Origin: an uncultured Acidobacteriota bacterium
Lineage (GTDB): Bacteria > Acidobacteriota > Thermoanaerobaculia > Multivoradales > JAHEKO01
Direction: 5' to 3'
NCBI GenBank assembly: GCA_963713825.1
Contig: CAVQNG010000005.1
Location: forward strand, 1-64,000
DNA: 64,000 nt
How positions within the stretch are numbered: position 1 is the first letter of the stretch; each line of letters opens with the position of its first letter. Made by a program: the position numbers and the translations under genes. The notes under the pieces were generated by a model. It saw only the letters and a list, made by a program, of their open reading frames with translations. It had not been told where the DNA came from and did not search any database. Of this stretch, positions 1 to 11,836 are shown piece after piece.

Positions 1-1
1 T

Positions 2-859
2 GTCGATCCGGGGGTCTGGCATCTGATGACCGGACTGCCTTACTTGGTGCGCATCCTGGGCTACGGGCTGCGGGCACCCAAGCATCGCGTTCCGGGCAAC
101 GATTTCTCCGGGCGCGTCGAGACGGTCGGCAAAGAGGTGACGCAGTTTCAGCCGGGCGATGAGGTGTTCGGCTTCTGCCAAGGCTGCTACGCCGAGTACG
201 CCTGTGCCCGAGCAGACAAGATTCTGGCCAAGCCGGCCAATCTCGACTTCGAGCAGGCAGCGGCCGTGCCCACCTCTGCGATCACGGCCCTCCAGGGTCT
301 GCGCGACAAGGGCGAAGTCGCGGCCGGGCAGAAGGTGCTGATCATCGGTGCCTCGGGAGGGGTGGGGACGTTCGCGGTGCAGCTCGCCAAGGTGTTCGGT
401 GCAGAAGTGACGGGCGTGTGCAGCACGCCGAAGATGGATCTGGTGCGCTCCATCGGCGCGGATGCCGTGGTGGACTACACATGCGAGGACATCGCGCAGA
501 CCGGTGAGCGCTACGACGTCATCCTCGACACCGCGGGGAACCGTTCGCTGGCCAACCTTCGAGGCGCTCTCACCCCCCGGGGGACTCTGGTGATCGTGGG
601 TGGGGAAGAGGGGGGAAAGTGGCTCGCCGGCACCGATCGCCAGCTTCGCGCCGCTGTGCTGTCACCGTTCGTGAGTCAAAGACTACGGTCGTTCGTCGCG
701 GCAGCCCGCCTGGAGGACCTGGAGTTTCTGAAGGGGCTCCTCGAGAGCGGCAAGGTGACGCCCGTCATCGACCGAACCTACCCGCTCGCCGAGGCTCCCG
801 AGGCCATTCGCTATCTCATGGGGGGGCACGCCCGAGGCAAGCTCGTCCTCACCGTTTGA
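2..859 (+). CDS. NAD(P)-dependent alcohol dehydrogenase / quinone oxidoreductase (MDR family), 5'-truncated by window edge
   Basis: GASGGVGTFAVQLAK nucleotide-binding motif, C-terminal GHARGKLV; frame open to left edge. Confidence 0.85.
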   Translation, partial: VDPGVWHLMTGLPYLVRILGYGLRAPKHRVPGNDFSGRVETVGKEVTQFQPGDEVFGFCQGCYAEYACARADKILAKPANLDFEQAAAVPTSAITALQGLRDKGEVAAGQKVLIIGASGGVGTFAVQLAKVFGAEVTGVCSTPKMDLVRSIGADAVVDYTCEDIAQTGERYDVILDTAGNRSLANLRGALTPRGTLVIVGGEEGGKWLAGTDRQLRAAVLSPFVSQRLRSFVAAARLEDLEFLKGLLESGKVTPVIDRTYPLAEAPEAIRYLMGGHARGKLVLTV

Positions 860-955
860 GGGCATCGGCGAGCCACCAACCCGTCACCGACGTTGCCTCG
901 ATTGCCAGTGCCATGGCGCGGCACACAGGATCGGTAAGAAACTGTCTCACTGCAC

Positions 956-1012
956 CGCGACCACCCCCGTTACCGCGAGATCGTCGAGAAGTACTTCTAG
1001 CCTGCTGGCAGG
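956..1012 (+). pseudogene. Remnant of the 3' end of a kinase-TPR gene (RDHPRYREIVEKYF*)
   Basis: 52/57 nt identical to 9043-9099, the end and flank of kinase 6319-9087. Confidence 0.75.
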
Positions 1013-1124
1013 TGACAGGCTTGTCGCCGCACCGATTGTGCTGGTCTCATGGGTGGCACAGTGCAGAGAAGCTCGAGTGCAGAGGGGCTCGAGGACGGAT
1101 GGGCGCTTTGCGTCGGACCTGGGC

Positions 1125-3314
1125 TCAGATGAAGCGGAAATGCTTGCGGAAGGGCAGCTCGCGGATCCTCTTGCCCGTGGCCGCGAAGATGGCGTTTCCC
1201 AGAGCCGGGGCGGCGGCAGGTGTGGCGACTTCACCGACGCCGCGGATCTTGCTGCCGCGTTCGTGAATGCGCACCTCGACCGGGGGCGCTTGATGCATCT
1301 GCAACAGGGGATAGGCGTCGAAATTGGTCTGCTCGACGGCGCCGTCGGCAAGGGTGATCTCACCGAAGATCGATGAGCTCAGTCCGAAGAGCAGAGCGCC
1401 CTGCACCTGGGCCTCGATGTTGCGCGGATCGAGCGCGATGCCGACATCCACCGCCGCCCAGGCCGCGAGAAGCTCGATTCCGGCCTCCGAGTGACGGATC
1501 TCGATGACCTCGGCGGAGGCCGCCCCGGTGGACATCGCGTAGGCGAGGCCCCGGGCATGGCCTACGGGAAGGGCGGAGCCCCAATTCGACATCTCGGCGA
1601 CACTTTCGAGCACCTGCCGACTGGGCGCGTCGTCGAGGATCGACAGTCTCATCTCGAGCGGATCTGTGCCGGCCGCATGGGCCAGCTCGTCGAGGATGCT
1701 CTCCTGGAAGAAGCAGTTCTGCGACTCGCCGACGGATCGCCACCAGCCGACAGGCATCAACTGTTTCGGGCGATAGGCCGTCACCCTGTAATTCTCGATC
1801 TGGTAGGGCTGGTTCCCCGCGCCCATGGTCATGGAAATGTCCCCCTTCGGCAGAGCCTTCTCGGGCTCGCCGGTGATGGCGCGGCGTCTCTGATCGCCGG
1901 AGACGAACAGGGAGGGCACCGAGAGGTCGAGATCGAGCGCCGTCGGCTTGCCGTCGGCGACCGCCGCACGAAACCGAGCAGTGGCCATCGGACGGTAGGC
2001 GTCGTGGGTGAAGTCCTCCTCTCGCGTGTAGGTCACCTGGACCGGTATTCCGGGAACCGCCTGCGCGGCGCGGACGGCCGCTTCGACGTCGTCCATCTCG
2101 AATCTGCGGCCGAGGCCGCAGCCCATGTAGGGCGTGTGGACTCGGACGGCCTCCTGGTCGAGCCCGGTCAGCCGCGCGCCGACCAGCACCGCCAGGGTCG
2201 GGAACTGGTTCCCTGCCCAGATATCCAGGCGACCCTCGTCGAGCAGCGCCGTCGCATTGACCGGCTCCATCGTGGCGTGGGCGAGATAGGGGACCCGATA
2301 CTCTTCCTGGATGACGTCCGCATCCCAGAGCGCCCGGTCGACATTGCCGCGATTTCGCGGCCGGTAGTAGGGCGTCTCGTCGAACTCGCGCTCGATGCGA
2401 TGCCGATGCCTCGTGGTCGTTGCAGGATAGGTTGCCTGACCCCACTCGAAGTCGATCTGCTCGGCAGCCTGGAAGGCATACCAGGTGTTCGTGGCCAGGA
2501 CGATGACGCCTGTCTCCATCGGGATGATGTGCTCGACGCCGGGCATCTTCGCAGCCCTGGAGGCGTCGAAGCCGAGCATCTTGCCGCCGAGCCGGGGATT
2601 GCGCCGGACCGTGCCGTAGAGGAGTCCGGGCAGCCTCACATCCATCCCGTACTGGGCTGTGCCCGTGCACTTGCTCTCCATGTCGACGCGGGGAAGTGAC
2701 CTCCCCAGCAGCTTCCATTCCGTCTGCGGTTTGAGGGGCGGATCCTCGGGTGGATCGATATCTGCTGCCGCCGTCGCCAGATCGACATAGGAGATCGCTT
2801 CGCCGTTGGCATCCACGACGGCGCCGGCGCGCGTCGTGAGGGTGCTGTGTTCGACGCCCAGACGGTCGGCGGCAGCCTGCAGCAGCATGAGCCGTGCGGC
2901 GGCACCGGACTTGCGCATCTTGACGAAGGCATCCCGGATGGAGGTCTGGCCGCCGGTGGCCTGGGTCGGTACGCCGTGGAGCTGACCAGGAGAGGGCCGT
3001 GGTCCGTAGAAGACCATGTTGGAGTAATGCTCCGAGGCCGGGCCGTGCTCGACACGGATGTCGTCGAAGGCCACGTCGAGCTCTTCGGCTACCAGGGCGG
3101 CCAACGTGGTGTGGATCCCCTGTCCCATCTCGGCGCGCGGCGCGATGATCGTGATCCCCTCGCTGTCGATGATGACGTAGGGCGTCACGGCCGTCTGCCC
3201 GGGCCCGACTTCGATCGAGTCCGGCAGACGATCGGATAGCTCGACCCGGCAGCCGACGACGAAGCCACCGGCGATGGCGGCCGAGCCGATGAGGAATTCT
3301 CGTCGCGTCGTCAT
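1125..3314 (-). CDS. iorB: Xanthine dehydrogenase-family molybdopterin-binding subunit (isoquinoline 1-oxidoreductase beta-like), Tat signal
   Basis: TRREFL twin-arginine motif, EMGQG, HATMEP, GVGE motifs; ATG overlaps upstream stop (ATGA). Confidence 0.85.
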   Translation of the reverse strand: MTTRREFLIGSAAIAGGFVVGCRVELSDRLPDSIEVGPGQTAVTPYVIIDSEGITIIAPRAEMGQGIHTTLAALVAEELDVAFDDIRVEHGPASEHYSNMVFYGPRPSPGQLHGVPTQATGGQTSIRDAFVKMRKSGAAARLMLLQAAADRLGVEHSTLTTRAGAVVDANGEAISYVDLATAAADIDPPEDPPLKPQTEWKLLGRSLPRVDMESKCTGTAQYGMDVRLPGLLYGTVRRNPRLGGKMLGFDASRAAKMPGVEHIIPMETGVIVLATNTWYAFQAAEQIDFEWGQATYPATTTRHRHRIEREFDETPYYRPRNRGNVDRALWDADVIQEEYRVPYLAHATMEPVNATALLDEGRLDIWAGNQFPTLAVLVGARLTGLDQEAVRVHTPYMGCGLGRRFEMDDVEAAVRAAQAVPGIPVQVTYTREEDFTHDAYRPMATARFRAAVADGKPTALDLDLSVPSLFVSGDQRRRAITGEPEKALPKGDISMTMGAGNQPYQIENYRVTAYRPKQLMPVGWWRSVGESQNCFFQESILDELAHAAGTDPLEMRLSILDDAPSRQVLESVAEMSNWGSALPVGHARGLAYAMSTGAASAEVIEIRHSEAGIELLAAWAAVDVGIALDPRNIEAQVQGALLFGLSSSIFGEITLADGAVEQTNFDAYPLLQMHQAPPVEVRIHERGSKIRGVGEVATPAAAPALGNAIFAATGKRIRELPFRKHFRFI

Positions 3315-3847
3315 CCGATGTCTCGATGGGAGGTCTCGAGTCGCTCGGCGGCCGATTTCACGGCCTGCCGGATCCGGACGTACGTGGCGCACCGGCAGAG
3401 GTTGTCCGAGAGGGCGTCGTCGATGTCGCCATCCGAAGGCGAGCTGTTCTGCGCTAGCAGGGCAACAGCATTGATGATCTGCCCCGACTGGCAATAGCCA
3501 CATTGCGCGACCTGATGCCGAATCCATTCCTCCTGAAGGACATGGAGGCTATCGGGTGTGCCGATGCCCTCGATCGTGGTCACTTCCGCCGCCAGCTCAC
3601 CGACAGAGATCGCACAGGACCGCTGGGCGATGCCGTCCACGAGGACGCTGCAGGCTCCGCAGACTCCGATGCCGCAGCCATATTTGGTTCCGGTCAGGCC
3701 GAGCGCGTCGCGCAGCACCCAGAGCAGCGGCATCGCGGGATCGACATCGACGCTATATTCGGTGCCGTTGACCTTGATCTGATGCAGTGTCAGTTTGTCC
3801 TCACCGTTTGATGGTGTGCCAGGCGGCGAGCGGCTTGATTCGTTCAA
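3311..3847 (-). CDS. iorA: (2Fe-2S)-binding small subunit (IorA/CoxS-like); exact start uncertain
   Basis: [23 protein letters not shown] motifs. Confidence 0.9.
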   Translation of the reverse strand: MNESSRSPPGTPSNGEDKLTLHQIKVNGTEYSVDVDPAMPLLWVLRDALGLTGTKYGCGIGVCGACSVLVDGIAQRSCAISVGELAAEVTTIEGIGTPDSLHVLQEEWIRHQVAQCGYCQSGQIINAVALLAQNSSPSDGDIDDALSDNLCRCATYVRIRQAVKSAAERLETSHRDIG

Positions 3848-3865
3848 CTGGGGCCGATGAGCTCG

Positions 3866-4087
3866 CTAGCGGTGGGCCTCATAGATCGCAGCGCGGTAAC
3901 GGGGCTCGGGAATCGGCTTTCCGGAGGAGCGAGCAGCTTCCAGCCAGGCTGCTTTGGCCCTCTCGACCTCCCGAAGCGCTACCTCGGGCGATGAGCCGAA
4001 GGCCGAGCAACTGTCGAGGTCGGGGATATTGGCGATGTAGCCGCCGTCCTCTTCACTGTAGAAGATGTTGATGCTGTAACCGCTCAA
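3866..4087 (-). CDS. hicB: HicB-family antitoxin
   Basis: YSEEDGGYIANIPDL..CSAFG...EVALRE...WLE...GKPIPEP pattern; TTG overlaps stop of upstream hicA fragment. Confidence 0.8.
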   Translation of the reverse strand: MSGYSINIFYSEEDGGYIANIPDLDSCSAFGSSPEVALREVERAKAAWLEAARSSGKPIPEPRYRAAIYEAHR

Positions 4088-4224
4088 GATTCGTTCTCCA
4101 GCTTCAAATCGTACCACTCGACCAGCCGGAGAAACTGCCGCAGCTGGTACGGCGTGACCGCTCCGCGGACGTTTTGGAGATTCAGTAACTCTTGGACCTC
4201 GGGGTGCGAGAAGATTTGATGACG
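4084..4224 (-). pseudogene. hicA: 5'-truncated HicA toxin (C-terminal half only)
   Basis: Hand translation RHQIFSHPEVQELLNLQNVRGAVTPYQLRQFLRLVEWYDLKLENES*; N-terminal half absent, repeat at 4261 lies just upstream. Confidence 0.7.
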
Positions 4225-4260
4225 GGAGAACGGGCCCCGATCTCGCTGTGGTCGTGCTGG

Positions 4261-4324
4261 GCGGCCGGCAGGGGCGCCGGCCGCTTCAACTAGCGTCGAT
4301 GGCGGGCCCAGGTCCGGCCGCTTC
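4261..4324. repeat. GAAG-footed REP-like hairpin plus degenerate partner
   Basis: GCGGCCGGC-AGGGGC-GCCGGCCGC-TTCAA at 4261-4289; partial copy at 4301-4324. Confidence 0.8.
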
Positions 4325-4326
4325 CT

Positions 4327-4684
4327 TCAGGGTGCAAGGTCGAGAAGCTTGGCGGCCGCGGCGAGTTTGCGATCCAGGGACCAGAGAGGTGCGTCGCTGA
4401 GAAGGGCCGAGGCCAGGAGGTGGGCGTCGACCCAGCCAATACCCGAACCGGCGAAGTGTCGGCTGTCGATCATCGAGAGAACCTCGTCGTGGGTCGCAAC
4501 TTCGGCAGAGGGGAGGTGGCCGAGCAAGTCCAGGATCTCGCCTTCTTGGCTCGAGCGCCCGAGGGCGATCTCTCCAATGACGAAGGGGTGGGTCAGCACC
4601 TCCATGTCCTCGAGAAGTGTCACCAGCCGGGAGTTTCCCTCTCCGCAGGTGGTCGACCCAGACGGAAGTATCGACGAGGATCAC
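4327..4684 (-). pseudogene. vapC: VapC (PIN) toxin with +1 frameshift near 4635 (real or sequencing error)
   Basis: VILVDTSVWVDHLRRG in one frame, continuing LLEDMEVLTHPFVIGE...GWVDAHLL...LWSLD in another; one extra A in GGGAAAC. Confidence 0.8.
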
Positions 4685-4896
4685 GAGCTGTGCCGCTTGG
4701 ACGGACTGACGATTCGTCGGCGTCGGACGAGACGAAGGTCCTTCTCGGTGCCGCCCAGAGCCGCCAGGCGCCGGGCACTCTCTTGCGTCACGAGGGCATG
4801 GAGACCGGCGTGAACCAGGGCGGTCTTGCCATCGATTCCGCTCAACAGGGCAGCTTTGGCGAGGAGCTCGTCGTCGAGAATAAGTGTCGTTCTCAT
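4681..4896 (-). CDS. vapB: VapB-family antitoxin
   Basis: MRTTLILDDELL..A pattern; stop overlaps vapC GTG. Confidence 0.8.
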   Translation of the reverse strand: MRTTLILDDELLAKAALLSGIDGKTALVHAGLHALVTQESARRLAALGGTEKDLRLVRRRRIVSPSKRHSS

Positions 4897-5007
4897 ATGC
4901 ATGAGTATGGTTTGATTTATATGCCTTCGTCAAGTTTCTCGGGCCGGAGAGCCGAGTTTGGCGGTGAGCAGGGGCCCACTGGAGAAAGACGGAGTTGCGT
5001 ACGAGAA

Positions 5008-5124
5008 TCTTGCGTTACACCTACCGAACGGCCGGCAGGGGCGCCGGCCGCTTCAAACAGGGCCGATGGACGGTACAGGTCCGGGTCCCCACCCACCTCG
5101 GCCGGCAGGGGCGCCAGCCGCTTC
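5008..5124. repeat. BIME-like composite with two REP-like hairpins
   Basis: Hairpins at 5029-5056 and 5099-5124; flank TCTTGCGTT..ACCGAACGGCCGG shared with 6199-6288. Confidence 0.75.
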
Positions 5125-5145
5125 GTCGACGAGCGGATCACCGGC

Positions 5146-5361
5146 CTATTTCAAATCGCTTCTGTTGAGCTTGGTTTCTCTGAGGATCTTCAGAAGCAAG
5201 CCTGGGCCGATGGTCTCTTTGCCGTGAACCGGGACCACGGTGGTGCGGCCGTCTGGGTGTTTGAGGAGGTAGTGACTACCCCGTACTCGCACGACCTCGA
5301 AGCCTTGTCGTTTGAGCCTCGCGATCAGCTGCCTGCCTGTGATTCTTGGGAGGCGGGTCAT
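5146..5361 (-). CDS. hicA: HicA-family mRNA interferase
   Basis: GFEVVRVRGSH..LKHPDGRTTVVPVH...GPGLL.KIL signature. Confidence 0.9.
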   Translation of the reverse strand: MTRLPRITGRQLIARLKRQGFEVVRVRGSHYLLKHPDGRTTVVPVHGKETIGPGLLLKILRETKLNRSDLK

Positions 5362-5573
5362 TCACCCACGGTGACCGTCTGGACGCCGACAAAATCCAGG
5401 GGCTCCGGAGGCTCGCTCGTTGTCTCGAGGAACAACTCGATCGCTTCACGGATCCGGACCATCAACTCGTCGAGAGACCTCGCCTGGGTGTGACATCCAG
5501 GTAGGGCGGGAACCGAGGCGACGTAGTACCCCTCGGCATCTCGCTCGACAATGACGTTGAATTGTCGGGTCAC
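5358..5573 (-). CDS. hicB: Short HicB-family antitoxin (hicBA gene order), probably leaderless
   Basis: VERDAEGYYVASVPALPGCHTQARSLDEL...REAIEL; TAGAAT 7 nt before GTG. Confidence 0.85.
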   Translation of the reverse strand: MTRQFNVIVERDAEGYYVASVPALPGCHTQARSLDELMVRIREAIELFLETTSEPPEPLDFVGVQTVTVGE

Positions 5574-5739
5574 GAAGTTGATTCTAGCGTGTGTCATAGG
5601 CCTCGAAGAAGAAGACGGATGCGCAAGGGGATTTCTTGCGTCGGGCGCGCCTCGACACCGCTTCCCACCCTGGCCGCCACGGCTGCGGCCGCTTGAACCG
5701 AGCGGACTTTGGCTGGCAGGGGTGCTGGCCGATTCTCGT

Positions 5740-6036
5740 CTAGGCGGGAGTATGGGCCGGGATCTTGTCGAGCTCTTTTGCGAGGCGCCTCTCCGCATGC
5801 CACAGATCGAAGGCCTCTTGCATTCGCAGCCAGAGACCGGCCCCGTTGCCGCAAAACTTACCCAGGCGGACAGCCATTTCGGGGGTAACTCCAGAGGTGC
5901 CAGCGAGGATTCGATGCAGGGTCTGCCGCGAGACTCTGAGCTGCCGGGCCGCTTCACTCACAGAGAGCCCCAGTGAGGGCAGGACATCCTCGCGAAGAAT
6001 CACGCCGGGATGAGTTGGGGGTCGCTTTGCGGGCAT
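5740..6036 (-). CDS. higA: HigA-family antitoxin (HTH)
   Basis: PTHPG.IL.E...LSVSEAARQL.VSRQTLHRI...TPEMAVRL...WLRMQ. Confidence 0.9.
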   Translation of the reverse strand: MPAKRPPTHPGVILREDVLPSLGLSVSEAARQLRVSRQTLHRILAGTSGVTPEMAVRLGKFCGNGAGLWLRMQEAFDLWHAERRLAKELDKIPAHTPA

Positions 6037-6058
6037 CTTTTGAAGCTCCTGTCGATTC

Positions 6059-6091
6059 TCAATGGTATTGCTCGAGGTCTACTTGGTAGGC
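6059..6091 (-). pseudogene. higB: Last 10 codons of a deleted HigB toxin (AYQVDLEQYH*)
   Basis: Typical HigB C-terminus VD.E.YH* directly upstream of higA, preceded by an in-frame TAG. Confidence 0.65.
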
Positions 6092-6098
6092 CTAGAAG

Positions 6099-6129
6099 CG
6101 GTGTAAAGAGAGAGTTTACAGGTTTTCAA
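6099..6129 (-). promoter_or_regulatory. Putative higBA promoter with palindromic operator
   Basis: TGTAAA-N7-TTTACA at 6102-6120 overlapping TTGAAA and TACACC boxes on the minus strand. Confidence 0.55.
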
Positions 6130-6198
6130 GTCGGGCATTGCTAGGCGCTAATCGGGCGTTGCTCAGTCCACTAACGAAGACGGGATCGACTCACCCTT

Positions 6199-6288
6199 TC
6201 TTGCGTTGGACGGACCGAACGGCCGGGCAGGGGCAAGCCCCGCCGCTTCAACCCCCCACCCACCCCGCCGCAAGGCGCGGCCGCTTCA
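6199..6288. repeat. Degenerate BIME-like composite (hybrid of the two hairpin families)
   Basis: ACCGAACGGCCGGGCAGGGGCAAGCCCCGCCGCTTCAA ... CGCCGCAAGGCGCGGCCGCTTCA. Confidence 0.6.
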
Positions 6289-6318
6289 GACAATTGCTAG
6301 TAGAATGGCGCGGCATTG

Positions 6319-9087
<2,769 letters not shown>

Positions 9088-9103
9088 CCTGGCGGCAGGC
9101 AGG

Positions 9104-9229
9104 TCATTCACCCACGGTGACCGTCTGGACGCCGACAAAATCCAAGGGCTCCGGAGGCTCGCCAGCCGGTGCCAGGAACAGCTCGATGGCCTCGCGAGTC
9201 TGGATCATCAGATCGTCGAGATTTCTCGC
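9104..9229 (-). pseudogene. hicB: C-terminal fragment of a hicB paralogue
   Basis: Translates ARNLDDLMIQTREAIELFLAPAGEPPEPLDFVGVQTVTVGE*, matching the end of 5358-5573. Confidence 0.8.
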
Positions 9230-9277
9230 GAAGGGCGGCTATCCGGCAGCCGGGCAGGTCCGCTGTATGATCCTGGA

Positions 9278-9985
9278 ATGCCTCGCGAGGTGATGGCGCT
9301 ACCCCAGACAGTCGGCGCGGTAACGATGGGGCAGACGCCCCGCGACGACATCGTGCCCGAGCTTGCAGCTGCGCTGGGTGAGGACTGCCAGATCGAGCAG
9401 GTCGGCGTGCTGGATGGCCTGAGCGCTGCCGAGATCGAGTCGCAGGGTCACAGGCGCGGCAGAGGCCGGATCGTAACCCGGCTCCGCAACGGCGAGGAGA
9501 TCCGGGTCAAATCGAGCTTCCTGGTACGACGGTTCAGGGAGTGTGTCGAGGATCTCGATGGGCGCGTAGCCATGATCCTGGTTCTCTGCACGGGTGACCT
9601 TCCGCAGCTCAAGACACGGGTTCCGATCCTCTATCCGGGTCGCCTCCTGCAAAGCTTCACGCAGAGCCTGGTGGTCGACCGGCTCGGTGTGGTCACCCCG
9701 ACTCCCGGTCAGGTCAGGGCCCAGCGGCGAAGGTGGAGAAGCTCGGCGCGCTGGGCGTTCGTGGTCCCAGCCTCGCCATACGGACCGCCGGAGGACTTCG
9801 AGAAGGCCGCCGAGCAACTGCGACACCACCGCGTGGAGCTTGTCGCCATGGACTGCATCGGCTATACGCATTCAATGCAGCAGCGCTTTCGCGACAGCCT
9901 GGGGGTGCCGGTGCTCGCCGCCTTGTCGGTCCTGGGTCGGGTTGCCGCCGAGATGTTGGGTTCTCCAGAGCCCAGTCCTTACTGA
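9278..9985 (+). CDS. AroM-family protein
   Basis: TMGQTPRDD, GVLDG, LCTG, ASPY, MDCIGY motifs. Confidence 0.8.
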   Translation: MPREVMALPQTVGAVTMGQTPRDDIVPELAAALGEDCQIEQVGVLDGLSAAEIESQGHRRGRGRIVTRLRNGEEIRVKSSFLVRRFRECVEDLDGRVAMILVLCTGDLPQLKTRVPILYPGRLLQSFTQSLVVDRLGVVTPTPGQVRAQRRRWRSSARWAFVVPASPYGPPEDFEKAAEQLRHHRVELVAMDCIGYTHSMQQRFRDSLGVPVLAALSVLGRVAAEMLGSPEPSPY

Positions 9986-10003
9986 CACCGATCGAGTCCT
10001 CTC

Positions 10004-11152
10004 GTGCCAGCGCAACCGGTCATCGAGCTCCTGGAGGCGGAGGCCGCGAGGCAACTGCCACCGCAGCCGGAGGAGTGGGCCGAGCTGGCCAGGCGGTACG
10101 TGCTGGCGATGCAGCGGGGCGGAACCAGCCGCTACGTGGAGAACGTCGAGGCGGACATCGCCCTGCTCCGAGTCGACGAGCAGCTCCTGCCGATTGTCAG
10201 CACGTTGTGCAATACGCCTGGCGATGGCTCCAAACCCACTGCCGCGGTGGCGTCTCCACGCGCCCACTATGCTCGCTACTCGTGCGAGGAGCTGGCGAAG
10301 CGCCACTCGGAGATTCCCGAGTGGCTGTTGGGTCTCGCCTTCTGGCCGCTCGAAGTGGCGACGTGGCTCGGTGAGCTGGATCGGGTCGTCTACGTCAACA
10401 ACTGGCTGCTGACGACGAATCCCGTGGCCTGGTACACGCGAGATCAGCTCCGCGCTGTCGTCGACTGCCTCACAACGGAGCAACCCGAGGCGGCCATCGT
10501 CTTCGGAGGACTGTTGCCTCGGCTGTACCCGGAGCAGTTTCGGTTTTTCGAACAAGCGGGCTTCCGGATGGTGCGGCATCGCAGGGTCTGGATGGTGGAG
10601 GATTGCAGGCGCGCCATCCGGGAGTCGGAAGAGCTGCGGCGAGACCGGCATCTTTCGGAGCGTCATGGCTACGAAGTGGTCTCCGACCGGGACGTCATCG
10701 CCAGCGAAGCCGAGCGCCTCGCCGAGCTCTACCGCAGCCTCTACCTGGGCAAGCACTCGCTGCTCAACCCCCACTTCAATGCGGAGTTCTTGCGACTCAC
10801 CCAGGGGAAGGGACTGCTCACCTTTCGGGCTTTTCGGAAGGAGGGCTCGATCGACGCCTTCAAGGCCTGGTACGTGAGGGATGGAGTGATGACCGGGGCC
10901 TTCGTGGGCTACGACCGACAGAAGCCCCGCAAGCTCGGGCTCTATCGACAGGCGGTCGCTCTGCAGGCTTCGGAGGCGGCTCGCCTTGGCCTGATGCTGT
11001 CCTGGAGCGGTGGGGTGGGTGAGTTCAAGCGGCTGCGCGGCGCCACCCCGCACGAGGAATACGAGGCGGTCTGGGATCGGCACCTGTCACCGCGCAGGAG
11101 ATTCCCCTGGGCGCTGTTGGAGAGGGTGGGGCGTGCCGTCGTGGCCAGGTAG
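10004..11152 (+). CDS. GNAT-superfamily (FemAB-like) protein of unknown substrate
   Basis: VNNWLLTTN, LYLGKHSLLNPHF, GYD, GVGEFKRLRG motifs. Confidence 0.55.
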   Translation: MPAQPVIELLEAEAARQLPPQPEEWAELARRYVLAMQRGGTSRYVENVEADIALLRVDEQLLPIVSTLCNTPGDGSKPTAAVASPRAHYARYSCEELAKRHSEIPEWLLGLAFWPLEVATWLGELDRVVYVNNWLLTTNPVAWYTRDQLRAVVDCLTTEQPEAAIVFGGLLPRLYPEQFRFFEQAGFRMVRHRRVWMVEDCRRAIRESEELRRDRHLSERHGYEVVSDRDVIASEAERLAELYRSLYLGKHSLLNPHFNAEFLRLTQGKGLLTFRAFRKEGSIDAFKAWYVRDGVMTGAFVGYDRQKPRKLGLYRQAVALQASEAARLGLMLSWSGGVGEFKRLRGATPHEEYEAVWDRHLSPRRRFPWALLERVGRAVVAR

Positions 11153-11161
11153 GGCGGGAAC

Positions 11162-11422
11162 CTAGCGACGATAGACCTCGCGCCGGAGCCCGACGCGTAG
11201 TACTGCGATCAGGAGCTCGGCGCCGTCGAAGCCGTAGATCACCCGAACGTGTCCGACTCGCAGTCGGCGGAGACCCTTCCATTGTCCGCTCAGCTGCTGG
11301 CCCCGAAGTGGATCGAGGGGCAGGTTTTCGACCGAATCGACGACCAGTACCTGGATGTCCTTCGGCAACCGCCTGAGCTCTTTGACGGCTCGCCTTTCCC
11401 ACCTAATCGAGATCGAGCTCAC
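11162..11422 (-). CDS. relE: RelE/ParE-family toxin
   Basis: A.KELRRL...LRRLRVG..RVIY...VLRVG.RREVYR. Confidence 0.88.
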   Translation of the reverse strand: MSSISIRWERRAVKELRRLPKDIQVLVVDSVENLPLDPLRGQQLSGQWKGLRRLRVGHVRVIYGFDGAELLIAVLRVGLRREVYRR

Positions 11423-11621
11423 GCCGGACCTCGTCGTGGTCGACCCATTCCGCTTGTGGGTCGCGGAACCTGGCGAGAGCCGCCTCCAGGTCCTCGCGCT
11501 CTTCGAGATAGACCTCGAGCGCTTCCACGATGAAGGAGCTCTTGGAGCGGCGGGTGGCTCTGGCGAGGGCGTCCAGGCGCTCTGCGAGTGGATCGGGCAG
11601 GCGGACCGATTGGGTGATCAT
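11403..11621 (-). CDS. RHH (RelB/CopG-like) antitoxin, probably leaderless
   Basis: SVRLP..L.ERLD.LA..T.RSKS; TACAAT 7 nt before ATG. Confidence 0.82.
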   Translation of the reverse strand: MITQSVRLPDPLAERLDALARATRRSKSSFIVEALEVYLEEREDLEAALARFRDPQAEWVDHDEVRRELDLD

Positions 11622-11650
11622 GTGCACCATTGTAATACAAGTAGTACCAA

Positions 11651-11751
11651 CGGCCGGCAGGGGTGCCAGCCGCTTCGAGAATTGGATGGGTCGTGCCGAT
11701 CACGGTTCGGTGTCTCTTCGATCCGTCGAACAGAGAAGTGCGTGGCATTCT
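11651..11751 (-). other. Ghost kinase 5' end (leader + VIGTTH codons) fused to REP-like hairpin
   Basis: GTGATCGGCACGACCCAT-N9-GAAGCGGCTGG..GCCGGCCG; 11726-11751 is 20/26 identical to the kinase leader at 18607-18632. Confidence 0.7.
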
Positions 11752-11776
11752 GCCGGCATTGTTCGGGTCGAACAAG

Positions 11777-11808
11777 AAAAGGGGCACCCGACGAATGTCG
11801 AGTGCCCC
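11777..11808 (-). terminator. Rho-independent terminator
   Basis: GGGGCACTCGAC-ATTC-GTCGGGTGCCCC followed by T run on the minus strand. Confidence 0.75.
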
Positions 11809-11836
11809 ACATTTGAACCTTGAAGAAAGGCCGTCG

